A stretch of DNA of 40,487 nt from a virus: positions 1-40,487 of IMG/VR virus record IMGVR_UViG_3300035199_000136; one strand, given 5' to 3'. The notes under the pieces are model-generated. The model saw nothing but the letters and a program-made list of their open reading frames with translations. It was not told the origin of the DNA and made no database searches. Shown here piece by piece: positions 1 through 7,035 of this stretch. The translations under genes were made by a program, and so were the position numbers. Numbering within the stretch: the first letter of the stretch is position 1; each line of letters begins with the position of its first letter.

Positions 1-127
1 AAAACATCGTCATCCGGCCTATCTAGATTAGATTGTCTAGGCAGTAGACATAAGCCAGGTAACGCGCTTATGTCTATCCCTAGGTTATCTAAACCTAACA
101 AACAAACTAGCAGAGAGAGAGAGAGAG
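1..127. repeat. Terminal direct repeat, copy A; identical to 40361..40487 (circularisation overlap or short DTR)
   Basis: Bases 1-127 (aaaacatcgtcatccggcc...cagagagagagagagag) recur exactly as the last 127 bases of the window. Confidence 0.95.
45..76 (+). promoter_or_regulatory. Perfect 11-bp stem-loop (tagacataagc / gcttatgtcta, 10-nt loop) that sequesters the ATG of ORF 70..342; second copy at 40405..40436
   Basis: Inverted repeat read directly. It lies 19 nt after the stop of ORF 39619..40386, and its 3' arm contains start codon 70-72. Confidence 0.5.
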
Positions 128-342
128 TTAACGAATTGATTAAAGCATTTACAGTAACGCGCACACTTAAGACTGTTGCGATTGTCTATGCAACATCACG
201 CGAAGACGCTATAGAGCAATTTAAATTCGAGGATCTAAACGGCCGCGTTGATTGCGACTTAAACAAGTACGTTGCAAAACGTAACCACGCGGAGGAGGAT
301 GCAGTTTTAAAGAACTTAAACCGCCAGCGTTTTGACAGCTAA
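70..342 (+). CDS. hypothetical early protein (90 aa)
   Basis: ORF on the early strand with no clear SD. Contains the (AG)8 tract encoding RERER. Confidence 0.55.
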   Translation: MSIPRLSKPNKQTSRERERVNELIKAFTVTRTLKTVAIVYATSREDAIEQFKFEDLNGRVDCDLNKYVAKRNHAEEDAVLKNLNRQRFDS

Positions 343-468
343 CATTAAGCCTGATCTAACAATGCCCATACAAGGCCGTCAGGCGTGCGTACAGGCCGCC
401 GACAGCCGGGAAGGCGTTGAGATACTAGTAAGAGAATTGCAGGACGTTATGTGAACCGATACGGGTCT

Positions 469-515
469 GGCATATGCTCAAAAATATGCCCTTGATATCG
501 AGATGTGTATCTCGG
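469..515 (+). promoter_or_regulatory. Two tandem intergenic hairpins (ggcatat/atatgcc 469-490; cgagat/atctcg 499-514)
   Basis: Inverted repeats seen in the 223-nt gap between ORFs. No T-tract follows. Confidence 0.35.
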
Positions 516-565
516 CTGAATGATTCCAAAAGGATGAAATCAAGCAACAAACCAGGAGTAAAACA

Positions 566-880
566 TTGATTAAATACATAGTCGAAACCACTAGCAGCTA
601 TTCAGATTTGAACGGCAATACCTACCACTTCGCCCGTATCACCAGCACCAAGACCAAACGCAGCTTAGTTATAGATGGTGTAGGTGGCACTCGTAACGCA
701 GTAGCCATGTTATTCGTTTTGAAAGTTGCTAATGACTGGTCTGAACTTTACGAAGTGCAGACATGGCACAAACGTCGAGACTGGCAACGGCTGGCAAAGT
801 TCACCAAGCCAGGTGCGATTTACGAAGGTAACGTGACCGCGAAAATGGTGCGAGCATTGAACAGAAAAGACAACAGCTAA
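566..880 (+). CDS. hypothetical early protein (104 aa), TTG start
   Basis: Preceded by the conserved box accaggagtaaaaca. Confidence 0.7.
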   Translation: MIKYIVETTSSYSDLNGNTYHFARITSTKTKRSLVIDGVGGTRNAVAMLFVLKVANDWSELYEVQTWHKRRDWQRLAKFTKPGAIYEGNVTAKMVRALNRKDNS

Positions 881-904
881 CAAAACAAAACAGGAGTAAA
901 CCAC

Positions 905-1162
905 ATGACTGAACGAACTTACTACCAAAACAAGCCTGACACTATCAAGGCCGGGCTTGCACTCAGTAAAGCGAATCCAAATTTATATGTGATCGCTTTG
1001 CGATGGGGATTTGATGAGGCATACGTTACTGGCAACAAGCGACTGAATATATTTGCACCAAGTGACGCAATGTTCGGAATCTACTGGCTGAACGGCAAGC
1101 AAAAGAAATTTACCGAAAAACAGATCATCGCAGATCAAAACGCAACACCACAAATGTATTAA
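905..1162 (+). CDS. hypothetical early protein (85 aa)
   Basis: Preceded by aacaggagtaaaccac. Confidence 0.75.
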   Translation: MTERTYYQNKPDTIKAGLALSKANPNLYVIALRWGFDEAYVTGNKRLNIFAPSDAMFGIYWLNGKQKKFTEKQIIADQNATPQMY

Positions 1163-1179
1163 CCCAAGGAGTAAATCAA

Positions 1180-1332
1180 ATGAAACCGAGCATAGTTAAC
1201 CCGCTTGGTCTGAAGTTAGAACATCAGCCCGATTGCCCGACTGGAAACTGTTGGACTGATAAATTCGGAAATTTGGAGTGTTACAACATCGCCGTAAATC
1301 ACTGGCTACGCCGTAAATCAGAACAGGAGTAA
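1180..1332 (+). CDS. small hypothetical protein (50 aa, MKPSIVNPLGLKLEHQPDCPTGNCW...), below the ORF-track cutoff
   Basis: ATG 1180 is preceded by caaggagtaaatcaa. Its TAA stop lies inside the SD box of the next gene. Confidence 0.6.
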   Translation: MKPSIVNPLGLKLEHQPDCPTGNCWTDKFGNLECYNIAVNHWLRRKSEQE

Positions 1333-1336
1333 AACA

Positions 1337-1567
1337 TTGAAAACTATATTCGCGACAGGCGTTATACCTGACGGGTACTTTGGCAAAACTGCACAGGTAG
1401 AGTTTGCCTATGATGCTGACAGCGGTAAAACGCTGGCGGTATGGGCTGGCGGTCACTTCGTATACTCAACACCGCCAGCAGTTGACAGCACAGAAGCGTA
1501 CTGGCTGCTAAACAATCATCCGAGCAGCAATGCAACACAAATTAAACCAACAATAAACCAGGAGTAA
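1337..1567 (+). CDS. hypothetical early protein (76 aa), TTG start
   Basis: Preceded by aacaggagtaaaaca. Its stop is embedded in the next SD box. Confidence 0.7.
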   Translation: MKTIFATGVIPDGYFGKTAQVEFAYDADSGKTLAVWAGGHFVYSTPPAVDSTEAYWLLNNHPSSNATQIKPTINQE

Positions 1568-1572
1568 AACAC

Positions 1573-1893
1573 ATGGCTGTAAAAATAAACTTAGGCACGC
1601 TGATACATGGCACGCTACGCAATGAGGATTTATTGCAAGCGTTTGAAAGTGAACTAAGCAGAATACGAGGATTTCAAAAACATCAAAAAATAGTAGGAGA
1701 AGCCAGGGCAGCTATTAGGCGCGGGCATAACGTCGGATTCGATTGGGCCGAAGCAAACGAGAACTTTCATATGACAGAAATTGTCAACGATCTGATGGAC
1801 GCGCTGAACGAGTACGCCCCTGATGGTTACTACTTCGGAAGTATCGAGGGCGATGGTGCAGACTTTGGATTCTGGCAAGACGAGGAGAACTAG
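1573..1893 (+). CDS. hypothetical acidic early protein (106 aa)
   Basis: Preceded by accaggagtaaaacac. Acidic C-terminus GDGADFGFWQDEEN. Confidence 0.75.
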   Translation: MAVKINLGTLIHGTLRNEDLLQAFESELSRIRGFQKHQKIVGEARAAIRRGHNVGFDWAEANENFHMTEIVNDLMDALNEYAPDGYYFGSIEGDGADFGFWQDEEN

Positions 1894-1905
1894 CAACATG
1901 GGTAC

Positions 1906-1953
1906 AGCACGCTAGCATCTGGCTAACGTGCTATGCCGATGCGGTTAGCATCG
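1906..1953 (+). promoter_or_regulatory. Two tandem intergenic hairpins (1906-1932: 10 pairs with one mismatch; 1937-1953: cgatgc/gcatcg)
   Basis: Inverted repeats read directly between ORF 1573..1893 and ORF 1977..2153. Confidence 0.4.
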
Positions 1954-1976
1954 ATGACTAGATAGGAGAACTGGCA

Positions 1977-2153
1977 ATGAGCAAATGGAGAGAACTTAAG
2001 ATGACGATATTGACATATCCACGCGAATGTGGCTGTGTCTGGACGCGAGCACGCGACTTCATCTTTTATTGCGATGAACACGCAACCGATGAAGACAAGA
2101 AGAAAATCTCGGCCGACTACAGTTGGAAATTTGGTGAGATTGTAAGCGAGTAA
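1977..2153 (+). CDS. small Cys/His-containing hypothetical protein (58 aa, MSKWRELKMTILTYPRECGCVW...YCDEH...)
   Basis: ATG is preceded by taggagaactggca. Just below the ORF-track cutoff. Confidence 0.55.
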   Translation: MSKWRELKMTILTYPRECGCVWTRARDFIFYCDEHATDEDKKKISADYSWKFGEIVSE

Positions 2154-2257
2154 TCGTAGGCAATAGTGAAACCGGCGAAGCCACGCAGTAACAGACATGC
2201 TGTGCAAAGACTGGGTAGTAGGCAAGTGGTACACCGCCTGCCGGTCACTATTAAAAC

Positions 2258-2338
2258 GGGGGCGATTGGTTTAGACCAAGTTGAAAACCGCTAGTCGGAC
2301 GACTTGGGACGGCGGTTCGAGTCCGCCCGCCTCCACCA
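2258..2338 (+). tRNA. atypical tRNA-like gene with a canonical acceptor and T-arm, encoded CCA, and a 16-nt anticodon loop; identity undetermined
   Basis: Acceptor gggggcg/cgcctcc (one G.U pair). T-arm ggcgg-ttcgagt-ccgcc, discriminator A, then CCA. D-arm tggt-ttag-acca. The anticodon stem agttg/cgact encloses aaaaccgctagtcgga instead of a 7-nt loop. Confidence 0.45.
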
Positions 2339-2340
2339 AT

Positions 2341-2410
2341 AGAGGATGGCTGTGGAGCCAGTAAGATTCCAAACCTTGCTGAGTAGGTTCGACTCCTACA
2401 TCCTCTGCCA
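2341..2410 (+). tRNA. tRNA-Trp(CCA) candidate, compact (70 nt including CCA)
   Basis: Acceptor agaggat/atcctct. T-arm gtagg-ttcgact-cctac. Anticodon loop ttCCAaa with U33 and A37. Discriminator G, then CCA. Short D-arm and an A.C mismatch at the base of the anticodon stem. Confidence 0.6.
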
Positions 2411-2416
2411 AACCAA

Positions 2417-2528
2417 TTCGGTGACATTCGTGTAAATAGCGAATGTAGCAAAAAGGAAATAAGGACTTACTAGACTAACTGGTGGGCAACTTATGAATAT
2501 GTGGGTGCAACTCCCACCACCGGAACCA
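2417..2528 (+). ncRNA. tRNA-like element or degenerate tRNA remnant within the tRNA array (up to 112 nt)
   Basis: ttcggtg (2417-2423) pairs with caccgga (2518-2524), followed by A-CCA. T-arm-like hairpin gtggg-tgcaact-cccac. 7-bp hairpin at 2424-2446. No canonical cloverleaf. Spacers to the neighbouring tRNAs are 6 nt and 2 nt. Confidence 0.3.
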
Positions 2529-2530
2529 AT

Positions 2531-2605
2531 GGCGAACGTAGTGTAACGGCAGCACGCTAGGTTGTGGCCCTGGTAGCGTGGGTTCAAGTCCCGCCGTTCG
2601 CCCCA
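2531..2605 (+). tRNA. tRNA-His(GTG) with genome-encoded G-1:C73 and CCA
   Basis: G-1, then acceptor gcgaacg/cgttcgc. D-arm gtgt-aacggca-gcac. Anticodon arm ctagg-ttGTGgc-cctgg. T-arm gtggg-ttcaagt-cccgc. Discriminator C, then CCA. Confidence 0.85.
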
Positions 2606-2631
2606 AACAAAACAAAACAGGAGAACTAAGC

Positions 2632-2904
2632 ATGACAGATAAGACACTTTTTGGGCATGACTGGTATCAAGACCCAAACGATAATCGAATACACGACGAG
2701 AACGGTGACGATATTCTCGACAAGCACTCTCTCGGAGAACTACAAAAGGCAGTCAACTCACACGACGCGCTAGTCGAAGCGTTATACACAGCGTTGAACA
2801 CCGAAACAGCCGCACGTATCGGCAGCGAGTCGGGAGCCATGCAGGGTTTCGATTACAAATACCACTACGACAAGATTCGTGCAGCACTCGAGCAGGTGAA
2901 GTAA
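2632..2904 (+). CDS. hypothetical early protein (90 aa)
   Basis: ATG 2632 follows aacaggagaactaagc. The longer track ORF (from 2578) would overlap tRNA-His. Confidence 0.75.
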   Translation: MTDKTLFGHDWYQDPNDNRIHDENGDDILDKHSLGELQKAVNSHDALVEALYTALNTETAARIGSESGAMQGFDYKYHYDKIRAALEQVK

Positions 2905-2968
2905 TGACAGGCAATGTTGCTTTGTGCATACAGCCTGTGTTACTTTGTTAAACAAGAAAGGTTACAAG

Positions 2969-3205
2969 ATGAATGAATTACGAAGGGCAGATATTAGAAA
3001 TATTATCAGTGTGATTGAATCAATCCCTGAGAAGATTCAAAAGGTTCTTGAGGATGAGCAAGAGTATAACGACAACATGCCTGAGAATCTGGAATTTAGC
3101 ACCCACAAAGAAAAGAGCGATTACGCTATTGAATCTCTTGAATCGGCTGAGTTTTACCTCGACATAGAAACGGCTATTGATTCCCTGAGAGATGCTATCG
3201 GATAG
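2969..3205 (+). CDS. hypothetical acidic protein (78 aa)
   Basis: ATG 2969 follows aagaaaggttacaag. An alternative GTG at 2924 lacks an SD. Confidence 0.65.
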   Translation: MNELRRADIRNIISVIESIPEKIQKVLEDEQEYNDNMPENLEFSTHKEKSDYAIESLESAEFYLDIETAIDSLRDAIG

Positions 3206-3231
3206 CCACTAGCAAAAGAAAGAAAGGAAGC

Positions 3232-3705
3232 ATGATGCTCAATAGGACAGAATATAATCAGTTGGCTATGAAGAATCGTGACCGAGTAGCGCAAATGGAA
3301 CAGCACATTGATGATGCTGAGATGCTGTACGGTGCGATTGCTGATAACGATAGTCACCCCCAGGATAAATACTCAAGGCTTCAGCCTGAAGATTTCAGCA
3401 CTGAGAGTTTTGTCGGGGTACATGGTGATGATTTGGCGGTTCTTGAGACTGCCTTGATACGCCTGTTAGACAAAATCCAGCAATGGGGCGCACTTGAATG
3501 GAAACTCCGAGAGAACGCGACATTCTGTTTACAGGAAGCATCGTTCATTGAGGACTTGCATGGAGCGTGCGATCCTGTAAACCAACGTAAAAACGTGGGC
3601 CTGGCTAAGCACAGCAAGACGATTGACGAGTTATACCCGAATGAAGGTATGTGTGAGGCTGGACGGCGTGCAAGGCTGGAAAGCCTGATAAGGAAGATAA
3701 ATTGA
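3232..3705 (+). CDS. hypothetical protein (157 aa)
   Basis: SD aaggaag upstream. Its stop overlaps the next start (TTGA). Confidence 0.8.
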   Translation: MMLNRTEYNQLAMKNRDRVAQMEQHIDDAEMLYGAIADNDSHPQDKYSRLQPEDFSTESFVGVHGDDLAVLETALIRLLDKIQQWGALEWKLRENATFCLQEASFIEDLHGACDPVNQRKNVGLAKHSKTIDELYPNEGMCEAGRRARLESLIRKIN

Positions 3706-3941
3706 TAGCTGGAAACAAATTGGCAGTGACGGTTTGCGATCACATTAGCGACGTGATATTCGATCATGCCATAACAAGTATGTCAGCGGGCACTGAAGGC
3801 ACGTTGGGATACACCCAGTGGTGCGTATGCGATGAATGTCAGCAGTCGCATGAGGACCAGTCCGAGATACCACATTCAGAAGGATGCCAGATCGGACACA
3901 TTCAGAAATTTGCTGACGAGATAAGGAGTCCACAACTGTGA
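3702..3941 (+). CDS. hypothetical Cys-rich protein (79 aa), TTG start
   Basis: Overlap-coupled on both sides (TTGA and GTGA). SD aaggaag. Confidence 0.65.
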   Translation: MIAGNKLAVTVCDHISDVIFDHAITSMSAGTEGTLGYTQWCVCDECQQSHEDQSEIPHSEGCQIGHIQKFADEIRSPQL

Positions 3942-4156
3942 CCACACGTCGTAAACACAGACGTCGTAGGCAATATGGGATGCGGATGACACATAATGTC
4001 GTGACCATACCGCTGACTAAAAAGCCTGGTAACACCTGCCCACGCTGTCAAGGCGGTGGCTGGGTTATGCCAGACCAGGACGGCGACCTGCGCTGCGTGT
4101 ATTGCAGTCGTGGATTAAAAGCGGTGTTGATACCGCTGGAAGGAGAGAATGAATGA
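3938..4156 (+). CDS. small zinc-ribbon protein with a DnaJ-type CxxCxGxG motif (72 aa)
   Basis: CPRCQGGG ... CVYCSRG. GTG start after aaggag. Basic N-terminus. Confidence 0.6.
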   Translation: MTTRRKHRRRRQYGMRMTHNVVTIPLTKKPGNTCPRCQGGGWVMPDQDGDLRCVYCSRGLKAVLIPLEGENE

Positions 4157-4320
4157 GTGATGCCAACAAGATGTTGAACATCCGAAGCGGGCGTGTCCCA
4201 GAGACTCGTGAGAAGCTGAGGATTTTATCTAAGGCTACCGGCCTCTACCAGGCTGCTGCCCTAGAACTTGCGCTCGATATGGCTATTGCACTACTTAATA
4301 AAAAACGAAAGGACTCTTAA
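4153..4320 (+). CDS. ribbon-helix-helix (Arc/CopG-like) DNA-binding protein candidate (55 aa)
   Basis: MSDANKMLNIRSGRVPETREKLRILSKATGLYQAAALELALDMAI fits a strand-helix-helix pattern. ATGA overlap with the upstream gene. Not in the ORF track. Confidence 0.5.
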   Translation: MSDANKMLNIRSGRVPETREKLRILSKATGLYQAAALELALDMAIALLNKKRKDS

Positions 4321-4321
4321 C

Positions 4322-5296
4322 GTGAGAATTACTAACGAAAGGAACCTGCCTTACGCCCTTGTGAAAGCAGTCGAGAACGACAGCTACAACATGGGCGATG
4401 CAGACAAAAGTGTTACTGGCCTCTTACAACCCCCGCGCCAGTCGGCACTCAGGGAGTTGCACGCTGATGAAGTTACAGAGGATGCTTCAGATCGTGTGTA
4501 CGCCCTTTTGGGACAACTTGCACACCTGTTGCTGGAACGTGCTGGCGAGCAGGATCGAAACTCCTTGACTGAAGAGCGTTTGTACGCTGACGTGCAAGGA
4601 TTCAGTGGCGAGCCTGCGTGGAGGATTTCAGGCCAGACCGACAGCTTGACGTTGACGGATGACGATCAGGGCTGGTGCATCACAGATTACAAGCTAATCA
4701 CATCGTACAAGTTCCGACGTGACAAGTTCGATCCCGACACGCCGGTGATGCCCGAAGAGTACGAGCAGCAACTCAACATGTACGCGCACTTGCTGCGTGT
4801 GAACGGCTTTCAGGTCGATGCGTTAAAGATCGTTGCGATGTACAGGGATTGGTCGATAGCCTCTGCTGAACGGGACCAAAGTTACCCGCAGAACGTGGCA
4901 GAGACACATGACGTGGAATTGTGGTCTGAGGATAAAGCCAGGGATTTCATGGAAGATCGTGTACGCGCTCATCAGGAAGCCATATCGACGTACAGGTATA
5001 ACGTGGATGACCTAGTTGAGTGTACCGATGATGAACGCTGGGCAAAGCCTGCCAAGTACGCTCTGAAAACTAACGCTAAGAACGTCAGGGCGCGCAAATT
5101 GTTCGACTCCGAAGAGGCTGCGTTTGAGTGGGCAGAAGACCCTGCCAACAAGATGAAGGTAGGCTGGGTGGTCGAGTATCGGCCTGGTGAGAACGTGCGT
5201 TGCCAGCGGTATTGCAACGTCCAACAGTTTTGCCTCCAATGGCAGAACCTGAAAAATGAGGAAGCTAAACTAACCAGTAAAGAGGTGGCATTGTGA
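4322..5296 (+). CDS. PD-(D/E)XK exonuclease, Cas4/RecB-like
   Basis: Motifs TDSL...ITDYK (D...DxK) and QQLNMY (QxxxY). C-terminal Cys cluster C...CQRYCNVQQFC. GTG 4322 follows gaaagga. Confidence 0.7.
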   Translation: MRITNERNLPYALVKAVENDSYNMGDADKSVTGLLQPPRQSALRELHADEVTEDASDRVYALLGQLAHLLLERAGEQDRNSLTEERLYADVQGFSGEPAWRISGQTDSLTLTDDDQGWCITDYKLITSYKFRRDKFDPDTPVMPEEYEQQLNMYAHLLRVNGFQVDALKIVAMYRDWSIASAERDQSYPQNVAETHDVELWSEDKARDFMEDRVRAHQEAISTYRYNVDDLVECTDDERWAKPAKYALKTNAKNVRARKLFDSEEAAFEWAEDPANKMKVGWVVEYRPGENVRCQRYCNVQQFCLQWQNLKNEEAKLTSKEVAL

Positions 5297-6027
5297 TCGA
5301 TGGACTACAAGTAAAAGAGGAACGACAGAACGGTCAGGTGTACTACCATCCGGTAGTCCTGACAGTCTCTGGTGTCAGCCAGTACAGGGACACAGAGATA
5401 TCGTTCAGTGAACTCGACCTTATGCATGGTGATAACTATGCCTACTGGTCAGTGCCACAGAACTTTGTGTTCGCTAATGGACCAAGAGCAGAAGGAACTA
5501 ACCCAGGCGACGGGAAACTGCACGTAGGTGACGTCGCAGAGTTCAGCCTGAACCTAAACCCGAAGCGTGGCAGCAACGCAAAGCCAGGTAGCTACTACTA
5601 CAACATCGGTCGTGTTGGCCCATCAAACGGTGAGCCACCAATTCCGACGCAACGCCAGCCTGAAAGTTCAGGTTCAACTTGGTCGGGCGCATCGGCATCG
5701 GCATCAGCAGATACTCCAGATGCGAAAGACATCAGGATCGGTAAGGCGCAGGCTGTAAACCTGCTCTTTGCCACACTGAACGCTGACCAGAAGAAAACAG
5801 GAGCAGCGTCTAAGATCATTGCAGCAATGGGCTTTGAGAGCGTCGAGGAAGCTGTGGAAGTTGCTGCTAACGCATGGAACCACCTGCGAAACGGCCTTCC
5901 GCTTGAGATAGCCATAGACGAGGCTCCAGTCGAAGAGGATGAGGCCAACGATCCTGTCGAGGCCGAGGTCGAGGAGAACCCAGATGAGGTCGTGGAGACT
6001 ATACCTGGCTGGGGAGATGAAGACTAG
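5293..6027 (+). CDS. putative ssDNA-binding protein (gp2.5/DUF2815-like?) with an acidic C-terminal tail
   Basis: Lies directly downstream of the exonuclease with a GTGA overlap. Has a Ser/Gly-rich linker and the tail EEDEANDPVEAEVEENPDEVVETIPGWGDED. Confidence 0.4.
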   Translation: MIDGLQVKEERQNGQVYYHPVVLTVSGVSQYRDTEISFSELDLMHGDNYAYWSVPQNFVFANGPRAEGTNPGDGKLHVGDVAEFSLNLNPKRGSNAKPGSYYYNIGRVGPSNGEPPIPTQRQPESSGSTWSGASASASADTPDAKDIRIGKAQAVNLLFATLNADQKKTGAASKIIAAMGFESVEEAVEVAANAWNHLRNGLPLEIAIDEAPVEEDEANDPVEAEVEENPDEVVETIPGWGDED

Positions 6028-6034
6028 ATTTTAC

Positions 6035-6183
6035 ACTGGCTGTCAGTGAGTAGAGCGAGCGGTGCCTACGGGAAGGCTATACCCCAACTCCTGCATTCGT
6101 AGAACTCACTGCTGTTGTTAGCCTGTGACATTCAATTGTTTACAGTGGAAGGCGCGTGTAAGCCGTGCCTGCTGACAGCCAGT
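6035..6183 (+). promoter_or_regulatory. Structured intergenic element closed by a 12-bp long-range stem (actggctgtcag / ctgacagccagt)
   Basis: 6035-6046 is complementary to 6172-6183. There is also an internal pairing cagtgag/ctcactg. The element sits in a 240-nt non-coding gap. Confidence 0.4.
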
Positions 6184-6267
6184 TCCAGTAAATAAAACTG
6201 TCTTGGAATGCAAGGCATAAATGCGAACTTGAAAAAAGTTTGGAATGAAAACAAGAAGGAGAAAACG

Positions 6268-6435
6268 ATGACTATTAACGCCTATTGCTCACCGCCAGCG
6301 AACCGCTTAAAGGAATATCAGCACGAAGGCTGTCCGGGCATAGTTTACAAATACAGCGGTGATATTGCAGAGATAGAGAATCGAGAGTTGGTTCCCTGTT
6401 CCTGCCCCTGTCACGCAAAGAAGGAGACACGATGA
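6268..6435 (+). CDS. small Cys/His-rich protein (55 aa)
   Basis: Strong SD aaggagaaaacg before ATG 6268. Contains ...CPG...CSCPCH. Confidence 0.7.
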   Translation: MTINAYCSPPANRLKEYQHEGCPGIVYKYSGDIAEIENRELVPCSCPCHAKKETR

Positions 6436-6749
6436 CCGACTGCACTTGCAAGACTTGCAGCGACTATAACGACAGCCAATCTTATGGGACAGCCGATAGG
6501 TTAGCTAAATGTAACCCTGCCCCTCTCTATCACAAGAATTATCTACCAGTTTTCTGTGACAAAGTAGATGTTTTTTACGTCAAAACCAGCAACAAATATG
6601 GTGGGATGAGAGTTTGTAGTGTTAAGTCTAAAAGCTATAACAGTCTTAGAAAGCACAGAAAGAAGGTTCCTCACTACCGAAGGAATAAAAAACTCACTTT
6701 CCTTGAAAGGCTGTTAAGACGCAAAGAATTTTCAAGGAGAACACAATGA
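6432..6749 (+). CDS. hypothetical protein with a Cys-rich N-terminus and a basic C-terminus (105 aa)
   Basis: ATGA overlap coupling on both sides. Confidence 0.75.
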   Translation: MTDCTCKTCSDYNDSQSYGTADRLAKCNPAPLYHKNYLPVFCDKVDVFYVKTSNKYGGMRVCSVKSKSYNSLRKHRKKVPHYRRNKKLTFLERLLRRKEFSRRTQ

Positions 6750-7033
6750 CCGAGTTTAACGGCAGCGATTATCAATCAGAGCGAGACAGGCCAAGGCTCA
6801 CCAGTCAGCACGAGCGAGTATTCGAGGTGATGAAAGACTCGTTCCCTCGCACCCTGGGACAGATAGCATCTTCAACCGGCGATCCTGAATCATCTATCTC
6901 AGCGCAGCTTAGACACATGCGTAAGCCACGCTTCGGCGGTCACACCGTCGTGAAGGAACACGTAGGAAGCGGGCTGTACACGTACAGGCTCATACAGAGG
7001 ATGCCAGACAAGCAGCTAGCAATGGAGTTATAG
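6746..7033 (+). CDS. winged-helix DNA-binding protein candidate (95 aa)
   Basis: RTLGQIASSTGDPESSISAQLRHMRK...GSGLYTYRL resembles an HTH plus wing. Confidence 0.5.
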   Translation: MTEFNGSDYQSERDRPRLTSQHERVFEVMKDSFPRTLGQIASSTGDPESSISAQLRHMRKPRFGGHTVVKEHVGSGLYTYRLIQRMPDKQLAMEL

Positions 7034-7035
7034 GC

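Noticed and set aside
111-127. The (AG)8 microsatellite as a phase-variation tract
   Set aside because: It is in frame within ORF 70..342 (encoding RERER) and coincides with the assembly break. There is no evidence of length variation from a single sequence.
2258-2338. Interpreting the tRNA-like 3' half as an attP core of a temperate phage
   Set aside because: I found no integrase, excisionase or repressor-type lysogeny module. The element also sits inside a co-oriented tRNA array.
1923-2677. Minus-strand track ORFs 1923..2234, 2251..2451 and 2396..2677
   Set aside because: They run antisense through the tRNA array and through the better-supported + strand small gene 1977..2153.
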